This document shows positions 19,018 to 26,606 of a stretch of DNA of 64,000 nucleotides, in pieces. Both the position numbers and the translations under genes were made by a program. The DNA lies in NCBI GenBank assembly GCA_047150005.1, contig AP038806.1:1536001-1600000 (forward strand), given 5' to 3'. The notes under the pieces are model-generated. The model saw nothing but the letters and a program-made list of their open reading frames with translations, had not been told where the DNA came from and ran no database searches. The number at the start of each line of letters is the position of its first letter. The first letter of the stretch is position 1. Source of the stretch: Nitrospira sp. GTDB lineage: Bacteria > Nitrospirota > Nitrospiria > Nitrospirales > Nitrospiraceae.

Positions 19018-19977
19018 ATGAGCGCAGTACAGTTTTTAGTCGACCACGGCGCGTCGGTCTTGTTCTGGGTCGTCTTTGTCGAACAGCTGGGCCTCCCCAT
19101 CCCGGTCATTCCCCTCTTGATCGCCGCCGGCGCCTTGGTCGGGGCCGGAAAAATGAGCGTGGCCACGGCCATCGTGATACCCGTCGCGGCGTCGCTGCTG
19201 CCCGACCTGGCCTGGTACTACGTGGGACGGATCAAGGGTGGAAAAGTACTGGGGATCCTCTGCCGGGTATCCCTTGAACCGGAATCTTGCGTGAGGAGCG
19301 CAGAAAACCTCTTCCATCAGCACGGAGCCCGTTCGCTGCTGGTGGCGAAGTTCATTCCCGGCTTCAGCACCGTCGTTCGCCCCTTGGCCGGGATCGTGGG
19401 GATGAGCGCAGGCACCTTCCTCTTCTATGACACGGTCGGCGCCGTGGTCTGGGCTGGTGTGAGCGCGGGAATCGGCGCGCTCTTCAGCAATCAGTTGGAA
19501 CAGCTCGCCGGTCTCTTCGATCAAGCGGGCGGGGTGCTCTTGGCCACCGCCTTCCTCGGTCTTGCGGGATTCGTCGGGTACAAGTTCCATCACCGGCGGA
19601 AATTCATGCGTGGCCTCCGGATGTCGAAAATCTCCGTCGATGAGCTCAAACAGCGGCTGGACGCAGGAGAGCCGATCGCGGTCGTCGACGTCCGGCATCA
19701 ATTGTCCCTTGAAATGGACCCGGAAACCATTCCCGGCGCACTCAACCTCCTTCTGGAGGAAGTCGATCGCCGTCACCATGAGATTCCGCGCGACCGGGAC
19801 ATCGTGTTGTATTGCACCTGCCCGAACGAAGTATCCAGCGCTCGCACCGCGCTGCTGCTGAAAAGGAAGGGCATTCATCGAGTTCGCCCGCTCGAAGGCG
19901 GCCTCGACGCCTGGCGCGAGCGGAAATTTCTGGTCGAACGGTGGATGAGTGGGAAGCATGGAACCGATCCTCATTGA
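19018..19977 (+). CDS. DedA (VTT) - rhodanese fusion protein
   Basis: EQLGLPIP, AKFIPG (DedA); VVDVR, LYCTCPNE, LEGGLDAW (rhodanese). Confidence 0.88.
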   Translation: MSAVQFLVDHGASVLFWVVFVEQLGLPIPVIPLLIAAGALVGAGKMSVATAIVIPVAASLLPDLAWYYVGRIKGGKVLGILCRVSLEPESCVRSAENLFHQHGARSLLVAKFIPGFSTVVRPLAGIVGMSAGTFLFYDTVGAVVWAGVSAGIGALFSNQLEQLAGLFDQAGGVLLATAFLGLAGFVGYKFHHRRKFMRGLRMSKISVDELKQRLDAGEPIAVVDVRHQLSLEMDPETIPGALNLLLEEVDRRHHEIPRDRDIVLYCTCPNEVSSARTALLLKRKGIHRVRPLEGGLDAWRERKFLVERWMSGKHGTDPH

Positions 19978-20003
19978 CAGCCTGAATCATGCGGACCTAT
20001 AGT
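19974..20003 (+). promoter_or_regulatory. Sigma70-type promoter of the toxin-antitoxin pair
   Basis: TTGACA-N18-TATAGT. Confidence 0.55.
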
Positions 20004-20038
20004 GAATTGGCTGATCGTCCTCTGAAAGGGCTCCTTTG

Positions 20039-20287
20039 ATGGCTGTTGTGAAAGTGAAATCTCACTACCAGGTGACGCTCCCGCCGCAAATTCGTGCCAA
20101 GGCTGGCGTGGCTGTGGGAGATCTCTTTGAGGCGAAGGTCGAAGGGAGAACGATTACCTTGATCCCGAAGCGTCTGATCGATCGTGAGCTGACGTTGGCT
20201 CTCAACGAGGTCAAACGCAGTCGTGTCAAGGGGCCCTTTCCTACCTCCCAGGCGACGATTCGTGCTCTCCGCCGCCGGACTGCATGA
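20039..20287 (+). CDS. AbrB/MazE/SpoVT-type antitoxin
   Basis: QVTLPPQIRAKAGVAVGDLFEAKVEGRTITLIPK; C-terminal VKGPF. Confidence 0.8.
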   Translation: MAVVKVKSHYQVTLPPQIRAKAGVAVGDLFEAKVEGRTITLIPKRLIDRELTLALNEVKRSRVKGPFPTSQATIRALRRRTA

Positions 20288-20528
20288 CGGCGTCCTTCAC
20301 GCCCGATTTCGTAAACAGTATCAGAAACTTCCAGAAGAGCGTAAAGCCAAGTTCGACAAGCAACTGGCCTTCCTCCTCTCCACCCTCCGACACCCGTCGC
20401 TGCGGGCCAAGAAGTATGATGAGGTGAATGATATCTGGCAGGCACGGGTGGACGACAACTATCGGTTTTATTTTCAGATTGACGGCGACACGTACATACT
20501 CTTGTCGATCATTCCTCATCCCAAGTAA
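20284..20528 (+). pseudogene. RelE/ParE-like toxin, frameshifted near the 5' end
   Basis: ATG overlapping the antitoxin stop (ATGA) reads MTASFTP, then the toxin body RFRKQYQKL...HPSLRAKK...WQARVDDNYRFYF is in a different frame; adding one base at CCC 20302-20304 restores it. Confidence 0.7.
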
Positions 20529-20702
20529 TTGATGGTCTGCTTTTTGCCGCCCGGATTGGCTCCGTCCTTGGCATCCCCTTGATCCGTGCGGTAAGATGAG
20601 CATCTAAAGAAGCACGTCTCTCGTGAAACGTGAAGTGTATCTCGCGTGCAATGAGGTCGCTTGCGCTTCACGAACGACGATTGACGAACGACCAACTGAA
20701 AG

Positions 20703-21048
20703 GGGGGCGACCGGTTTCGACGGGGATACTGACGCCATCGGTGCATGTCGAGCTCTCGGGGACTCGTACAACTCCGGGAAAATGCAACTGCCAATCAAGA
20801 ACTGGCACTCGCGGCTTAAGCCGTGACGTCTCTCCACCTGAGGCCCGCGGGGGTGGACGGGGCGCGATGCAGCGGGCTGGTCCAAGGCCGGTGCTCAGCG
20901 GCTGAGGACGAGAACTTTCTGGGCTAGCGGCCATTCTAAGCCAGCCGATGGGCGTGGGTGGTTGCGAAACTCAAACTATCGGCTACACATGTAGATCCGG
21001 TGTGCCGACGATCTTCGGACAGGGGTTCAACTCCCCTCGCCTCCACCA
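20703..21048 (+). ncRNA. ssrA: tmRNA
   Basis: 5' GGGGGCGACCGGTTTCGAC; 3' T-arm GGGTTCAACTCCC and acceptor CGCCTCC-ACCA; tag ORF 20790-20819 encodes ANQELALAA*. Confidence 0.97.
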
Positions 21049-21066
21049 AACCGCACTTCGTGCGTT

Positions 21067-21273
21067 CCGGCGGCTCTTCATTGCTTTATCGTGATGGGCG
21101 CGGGCGGATAAACACCTTTAATATCCGCTTCTCATCTTGTATACCGGCGCCTATCTATTGTCTTATCGTGATGAACGGCGCCGGATAAAACCCCAAGGTG
21201 ATTGTTCTTTGTGTGCGTGCCGCCCGCTCTTCATCGTCTTATTCGTGATTGAGGCGGGCGGATAAACACCTTT
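21067..21273. repeat. Three degenerate tandem hairpin units (period 76-77 bp)
   Basis: Units start at 21067, 21144 and 21220; shared core T(T/C)G..TTAT.CGTGAT and tail CGGATAAA(C)ACC; stems CCGGCGCC/GGCGCCGG and CCGCCCGC/GCGGGCGG. Confidence 0.75.
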
Positions 21274-21495
21274 GGACGGACCACTGGTGGACCCAGGTCG
21301 AAGCGGTCGGTCAAATAGATTGGGAGCGCAAGGCAACAACTGGCATGACGTTGGAGTTTGAGACAGGCTATCGGTTCACGAAGGATTGGGGAGTCTGGCT
21401 CAGGCCTGAGGTCGGGCTCTGGGGACAGAGCCTTCCTGGCGCCTATGATTTGGAATATCGAAGTCGGCATCCGGCGCATGTTCGCATGGTTCTGA
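21274..21495 (+). pseudogene. 3' remnant of an outer-membrane beta-barrel protein gene
   Basis: WWTQVEAVGQIDW..LEFETGYRF..WLRPEVGLWG..GAYD, then a one-base shift at TTT 21449-21451 to WNIEVGIRRMFAWF*; no start, terminal Phe. Confidence 0.6.
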
Positions 21496-21537
21496 GGCCG
21501 TTCACGACATCGAAACCGGGGGTCAAGGACTCTTCAA

Positions 21538-22008
21538 TTACGGCTCGTTTACGTATCGAATGGCCGTTCCGGACAAATACTCGGTGAATCTCGTCTCATC
21601 GGTTGGGCTTTGCGCGAAGCTCCAGCGGTCATAATAGAAAGGCCACCATCCTCCGCTACTTCCTCCCGCTGGTCCCATGGTGGATTGGGGAGCCGATCCC
21701 GTCCCGACGCTTTCCAACACGTCCGATTTCCCCATGATCACCGCGTCCGCTCCGAGCGTAGCCGCACGGGCCAGAATCTTTTCTCTCATCTCGTCTTCAT
21801 CCGCGCTCTGACTCGTCGCAATGATTCGGGCCAACTTCACGTGAGGAGTCTCCGGCTCGGATTCCAGCCACTGCAATGGCTCATGATTCTTCTTCGGAGG
21901 GTACACTTCGTGGGTCAATGGCTCGACACGCACCGACACGCAGGCAGTCAATGAGGAGAGAAGAAACAGGATCGCCCCGTACAGGACAAGACGGCGTTGA
22001 ATGTTCAT
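21538..22008 (-). CDS. Hypothetical lipoprotein
   Basis: Lipobox LTAC; RAATLGADAVI and GTAIRY motifs (YbjQ-like fold suspected). Confidence 0.75.
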   Translation of the reverse strand: MNIQRRLVLYGAILFLLSSLTACVSVRVEPLTHEVYPPKKNHEPLQWLESEPETPHVKLARIIATSQSADEDEMREKILARAATLGADAVIMGKSDVLESVGTGSAPQSTMGPAGGSSGGWWPFYYDRWSFAQSPTDETRFTEYLSGTAIRYVNEP

Positions 22009-22078
22009 GCTGGGCCACACATTGCCAAACTCAGCTACGGTAGTTGTACTACGTGGTCCGTCCCTCTTGGTACCTCCC

Positions 22079-22096
22079 TGTAGGCACTCCCCTACA
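22079..22096. promoter_or_regulatory. 18-bp palindromic operator TGTAGG-N6-CCTACA
   Basis: Perfect inverted hexamers between divergent genes; resembles the GacA/UvrY box geometry. Confidence 0.5.
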
Positions 22097-22232
22097 AATT
22101 TGGTTAAAAGGCGTTCATTTTCGCAGGGATTCGCTCTCGGGCCTAGATTTATTGTCGGTCCTTTCGGTACCCTGAAGGAGTCAGACTTGTTCCGGCTGAT
22201 CGGCCGGAAAAAAGAACGACCCGGATCACACG

Positions 22233-23375
22233 ATGAGAATAACGGCGGCCGTCATGCTGACGGCGGTGCTCTCAATCGCCTTAACGACGGCCGTGCCGGC
22301 ACCGGCCAACGAACCTGTGACTCCAAAATCGGAAGGAGCTCAAGCGCCTCCTTCCGCGCCGGCACCTCCAAAACCTAAACCGCCGGAGGGCGAAGTCAAA
22401 CAGCCTGCCGCGAAGCCGCCGGTTCCCACCGACACGAACGGCAAAGAAGCGACTCAGGCAAAGCCGGAAGCCGGTCCGGCGAAACCGGAATCCATACCGG
22501 CTCCTGCTCCGGCGCCTGCCCCAGCGCCAGCACCAGCCGCTCCGGCGCCGGCGAAACCGAAGGCTGCAGAAAGCGAGCCCAAGCCCCCGGTCAAATCCCC
22601 CCCTGCAGCTAACGGATCGACACCGTCTACCTCCAAACAGGTCCCTGCACCACCGCTCTCGGCTGAGATCGCGGGCAAAGACGGAGCGCCGATGGTCCTG
22701 ATCGCTGCCGGCGAGTTCGCGATGGGCAGCGACAAGGGCGATGACGACGAACAACCGATCCACCGAGTCTTCATCGACAGCTTTTACATCGACAAGTTCG
22801 AGGTCACCAACGGGCGCTTCGCCAAGTTCGTCGAAGCCATTCAGATCGAACCGCCGTGGGGATTCAAGGACAAGGAGACGCCGGTCCTGCATATCGATCG
22901 ACCGGTCCGGTGGGTCAACTGGATGGATGCGATGGGCTACTGTCTCTGGGCCGGCAAACGGTTGCCGACTGAAGCGGAATGGGAGAAGGCCGCCCGTGGG
23001 ACCGACGGCCGAATGTACCCCTGGGGCAATGACGCGCCGACCCCGGCCCATGCCGTCTTCGGATTGAAGGAAGGGGCCGACACGGTCTCGGCGATCGGAA
23101 ACAGGGACAAGGGAAAGAGCCCCTACGGGGTCCACGATATGGCGGGCAATCTCTACGAGTGGACGATCGATTGGTATGACGAGCAATTCTATTCCAAGAA
23201 TCCCGCCATCAACCCGCGGGGTCCGGCAGAAGGTGCAGCGAAAGTGCAACGAGGAGGGTCGTACACCAATGCACCCTATCGCCTGCGCTCGACGTTCCGC
23301 ACGAAGGGAGACCCGACGGAACACGACCCCAACGTCGGCTTCCGCTGCGCGCAAGACATTCCCGCCCAGCCCTAA
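22233..23375 (+). CDS. Exported formylglycine-generating enzyme (SUMF1/FGE-sulfatase) domain protein with Pro/Ala-rich linker
   Basis: Signal peptide, (PA)n tract, FAMGS, EVTN, RLPTEAEWEKAARG, DMAGN, GFRCA. Confidence 0.9.
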   Translation: MRITAAVMLTAVLSIALTTAVPAPANEPVTPKSEGAQAPPSAPAPPKPKPPEGEVKQPAAKPPVPTDTNGKEATQAKPEAGPAKPESIPAPAPAPAPAPAPAAPAPAKPKAAESEPKPPVKSPPAANGSTPSTSKQVPAPPLSAEIAGKDGAPMVLIAAGEFAMGSDKGDDDEQPIHRVFIDSFYIDKFEVTNGRFAKFVEAIQIEPPWGFKDKETPVLHIDRPVRWVNWMDAMGYCLWAGKRLPTEAEWEKAARGTDGRMYPWGNDAPTPAHAVFGLKEGADTVSAIGNRDKGKSPYGVHDMAGNLYEWTIDWYDEQFYSKNPAINPRGPAEGAAKVQRGGSYTNAPYRLRSTFRTKGDPTEHDPNVGFRCAQDIPAQP

Positions 23376-23572
23376 CCCGCTGCGACAAGCCTGGCCGTCA
23401 AGTCTATGGCCAAGAAGCTCTCCGCCGCTCCTCCCGCTTGGGTGCCCAGCATCGGGCCGAGCCGTCACGTTCTGTCCCCACCGCGGGGACGGCTGAAGTA
23501 CAATGGAGTTTTGAGACGGCGCGCGACGATGCGCGGTCCGTTCAGGCCGCGCTTTCCGGCCAGGAGATACCC

Positions 23573-24391
23573 ATGAAGCTCCATCGCGTCAAGGTCGGCT
23601 CTCGCTTGGACTTGAACACCTGTGATCCCGACGATACAGGACCCTACAGGAAGCATGACGACGACAAGGCCGCGGCCAAGGCGGAGACGCGACGGCTGAT
23701 TCGAAAGCTCAGTCGGCTGCAGGAGCGGCTCTATGCCAATAGGAAGCGTGCTCTCTTGATCATCCTCCAGGGTATGGACACCAGCGGAAAGGACGGCACG
23801 ATCCGGAGCGTGATGTCGGGCGTGAACCCGCAAGGCTGCAAGGTCGTGTCCTTCAAGTCCCCCTCTTCCAAAGAGCTCGCCCAGGACTTCCTTTGGCGCG
23901 TGCACCAGGAAGTGCCGGCGAAAGGCTACATTGGGATCTTCAACCGGTCTCATTACGAGGACGTCCTGATCACACGCGTGCACGGCCTGGTGTCTGAACG
24001 GGAGGTCAAGCGGCGGTTCACGCAGATTCAAGAGTTTGAAAATCTGCTGAGCGACAACGGCACGACCATCCTGAAATTGTTCCTCCACATTTCGAAGGAC
24101 GAACAGAAAGAACGGCTGGAGGCGAGGATTCGAAACCCGGAGAAGCGGTGGAAGTGGGACTCGGGCGACATCGAGGAGCGGAAACTCTGGAGCGACTACA
24201 TGAAAGCGTTCGAGGACGTGATGTCCGCCACGAGCACGGACAGCGCGCCCTGGTACATCGTGCCGGCGAACCGGAAATGGTACCGGAATCTGGTGGTTGC
24301 CGACCGCGTCGTCCGGGCAGTGGAAGACATGAAGCTCGGGACTCCGCCGGCCGCAACTGATGTGGACTGGGACCGGTTGAAGATCGGCTAG
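23573..24391 (+). CDS. ppk2: Polyphosphate kinase 2 family (class III-like)
   Basis: LQGMDTSGKDGTI, FNRSHYEDVL, APWYIVPANRKWYRN. Confidence 0.92.
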   Translation: MKLHRVKVGSRLDLNTCDPDDTGPYRKHDDDKAAAKAETRRLIRKLSRLQERLYANRKRALLIILQGMDTSGKDGTIRSVMSGVNPQGCKVVSFKSPSSKELAQDFLWRVHQEVPAKGYIGIFNRSHYEDVLITRVHGLVSEREVKRRFTQIQEFENLLSDNGTTILKLFLHISKDEQKERLEARIRNPEKRWKWDSGDIEERKLWSDYMKAFEDVMSATSTDSAPWYIVPANRKWYRNLVVADRVVRAVEDMKLGTPPAATDVDWDRLKIG

Positions 24392-24484
24392 CACGGCCGT
24401 ACGTGATCCCGAGAGATGCTTTTCCATCCTCACGGGGGTAGACTCATGAACCAGGTCTGCGTATCCGGTCCACAAGGAGGTCGC

Positions 24485-25309
24485 ATGCGTCTGGTCGTCA
24501 CCGTGCTCGTCTCCGCAATGGTTGCCGCCTGCTTGTCGGTGAAACCGGCTTCGGCCGGGGATTTCGAAGGCGTCCTTCACATGACCACGACGCATGGCGA
24601 TGAACAGCCGGCGAAGATGGACTGGATGATCAAGGGTGACAAGGCTCGGATCGAACGCACTCGAGCTGACGGCAGGATGCATGTCATGATTCTCGACTCC
24701 AAGGCCAAGACGATGCTCATCCTGTTTCCGGAACGGCAAGCCTATACGGAGATCAGTCTCGGCGGGGAGCATAGCGAACGCATCAGCAAGGCCATGGAGG
24801 ACTACGAGGTGGAGCGCACGGGGAAGACCGACAAGGTCGCCGGTCGCTCCTGCGAAATCTGGCGCGTGAAGGAGAAGGACGAGGACAAGGAGAAGCACGA
24901 AATCTGTGTCGCGAAGGGGTTTGGACGGACGGCAAGCTTCTGGATGGAGCCCATGAAGAAGCAACCGCCCTGGGTCACGCGGCTCATCAACGAGGGGGGA
25001 TTCGGGCTGCGCTCGATCCGATACGACAGCACCGGAGCGGTGGCCACCCGTACGGAAGTGACCGGCATCGAAGCGAAGTCGATGGACGTCGCGCTGTTCG
25101 CCGCGCCCGCCGGATATCAGAAGATGGACCGTGGCGCCATGATGGGGGCCATGGGAGGCGAAGATGTTCAGAAGCGCATGGAGGAGATGAAAAAGCGCAG
25201 AGCGGGAACAGACGGAGCCTCGACCGGAGGAACCAGGCCCGACATGTCCGAGATGATGAAGCAATTCCGCGAACGGATGAAGAAACAGCAACAGGAAGGC
25301 GGTCAATAG
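24485..25309 (+). CDS. Exported DUF4412 domain protein
   Basis: Signal peptide, FEGVL, KVAGRSCE, FAAPAGYQK; AAGGAGG RBS. Confidence 0.78.
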   Translation: MRLVVTVLVSAMVAACLSVKPASAGDFEGVLHMTTTHGDEQPAKMDWMIKGDKARIERTRADGRMHVMILDSKAKTMLILFPERQAYTEISLGGEHSERISKAMEDYEVERTGKTDKVAGRSCEIWRVKEKDEDKEKHEICVAKGFGRTASFWMEPMKKQPPWVTRLINEGGFGLRSIRYDSTGAVATRTEVTGIEAKSMDVALFAAPAGYQKMDRGAMMGAMGGEDVQKRMEEMKKRRAGTDGASTGGTRPDMSEMMKQFRERMKKQQQEGGQ

Positions 25310-25340
25310 AGTGCGCGTCTCCACGAGAAAGGACCCGACC

Positions 25341-25988
25341 ATGAAAACCGCCACGATCGCGATGTGGGTCATGCTCTGGTGCGGACAGGCGGTGCCATCG
25401 TTCGCCGCGCCGTTTGAAGGCGTCATCACGCTCAAGGAAACCTCCGGCGATGAGACGGAGACCAGGACGTTTTATTTCAAGGGAGAGAAAATGCGGATCG
25501 ACGACGGCGACGCGGGGTTCAGCGTCTGGGATGCCAAGAAGAAGGACGGCTTCTTCGTCGATCGTGACGACCAGACGTACACGATCGTGACCTGGTCGGA
25601 TTTGGGTGTCGCGGATGCCAAATCGGTCCTGGACGACATGACCGTCACCAAAACTGGAAAGAATGGGAAGATTGCAGGCTACTCCTGTGAGGGCTATGTC
25701 GCCAAAGACAAGTCGGACGGCAGCATGAGCGAGCTGTGCATCGCTAAGGGGCTCAGCAATGCGGCCCTGTACGGGGTCCTTGCCGACGATGCTTCGACCC
25801 GCGGCGGATATCCGTCCTGGTTTCGCGATCTCCTCAAAGATGGGGGATTCCCGCTCCGGCAGATCGACTACGACGAGACGGGCAAAGAGGAATCTCGATC
25901 CGAGGTGACGAAAATCGATGCGAAGCGGCTGGACGACGGGCTGTTTCACCCTCCGGCCGGTTTCAAAAGGTTGGAGCTTCGGAAATGA
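25341..25988 (+). CDS. Exported DUF4412 domain protein (paralog)
   Basis: FEGVI, KIAGYSCE, ELCIAKGL, LFHPPAGFK. Confidence 0.78.
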   Translation: MKTATIAMWVMLWCGQAVPSFAAPFEGVITLKETSGDETETRTFYFKGEKMRIDDGDAGFSVWDAKKKDGFFVDRDDQTYTIVTWSDLGVADAKSVLDDMTVTKTGKNGKIAGYSCEGYVAKDKSDGSMSELCIAKGLSNAALYGVLADDASTRGGYPSWFRDLLKDGGFPLRQIDYDETGKEESRSEVTKIDAKRLDDGLFHPPAGFKRLELRK

Positions 25989-26005
25989 ACAGGTCCTGGA
26001 AACAA

Positions 26006-26020
26006 TGGCATGCCTTATGC
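26006..26020 (+). promoter_or_regulatory. Candidate sigma54 promoter
   Basis: TGGCAT-GCCTT-ATGC (GG-N10-GC). Confidence 0.5.
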
Positions 26021-26055
26021 CTTGAGCACGAGACTCAAAAAAGTGGAATGGGTCA

Positions 26056-26084
26056 TTGACATCGTTTTCTAATGGGCGTAGGAA
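26056..26084 (+). promoter_or_regulatory. Candidate sigma70 promoter
   Basis: TTGACA-N17-TAGGAA; predicted start site ~26090, at the 5' end of the structured RNA. Confidence 0.5.
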
Positions 26085-26090
26085 AAAATC

Positions 26091-26425
26091 GCGGCCCGAA
26101 CGCTTACGAAGGTCGAGAGATCGAACAGACCGCGCGGCTGTTACCCAGGTCTCTCGTGGACCTCACAAGAGAGGAGGGTGGATATGGACGACGCGACTCC
26201 ACCTGGCCCGTCAGGCCCGCCAATGCAAGGGCGGGCTTCTCGTCGGTCGTGTTAGTCGGTTCTCCGCTGGCTGTGCCGTATGGGCACCAAAGACCAACCG
26301 GGTGTGAGCCTGACTCATTCCGGAGAGCCGATCGAAACACGAGGAACCCAAGCGCCTGGGATTGACACAGTCTCCCCCGACTGGAAGTTTGCATCACCTA
26401 ACATCGCGCGGGTCGTGCGGGCCGC
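26091..26425 (+). ncRNA. Candidate large structured ncRNA, family not recognised
   Basis: 5'/3' closing helix GCGGCCCG/CGGGCCGC plus many nested helices and two potential pseudoknots; no credible long ORF. Confidence 0.6.
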
Positions 26426-26476
26426 AAGAAAACAAGACCAATAGCCTATAAAATAACCGGCGCCCTAAGCGCCGAC

Positions 26477-26517
26477 CACGGGCGACCACCTCCCACCAGC
26501 GGATGAGGTCGCCCGTG
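26477..26517. terminator. Strong hairpin between the candidate ncRNA and the convergent permease
   Basis: CACGGGCGACC / GGTCGCCCGTG perfect 11-bp inverted repeat; weak U-tract. Confidence 0.5.
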
Positions 26518-26606
26518 CCGTCTCTGCAGCACCCCCTGCTTTCGGTGCGGCGTTGAGCATTGGTCCATCTCACAGCGTCCTCGCTCGTTTCGTCAAGCCG
26601 CTCGGA

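Noticed and set aside
20604..21188. Short ORFs overlapping 20604-21188
   Set aside because: They overlap tmRNA; only the tag peptide frame is meaningful.
21067..21273. CRISPR array
   Set aside because: Only three degenerate ~50-bp units and no cas genes in the window; kept as an unexplained repeat.
23200..23375. DGR target (FGE/CLec fold ending in GFRC)
   Set aside because: No template repeat copy and no reverse transcriptase seen in the window.
26056..26397. ORFs 26056-26307, 26072-26365 and 26104-26397 as proteins
   Set aside because: No clear RBS or domain features; the region is better explained by RNA structure.
26091..26425. RNase P, SRP, 6S, retron msr-msd or omega/HEARO RNA
   Set aside because: No GAGGAAAGTCC or SRP domain IV motif, not a simple 6S-like rod, and no reverse transcriptase, IscB or TnpB gene nearby.
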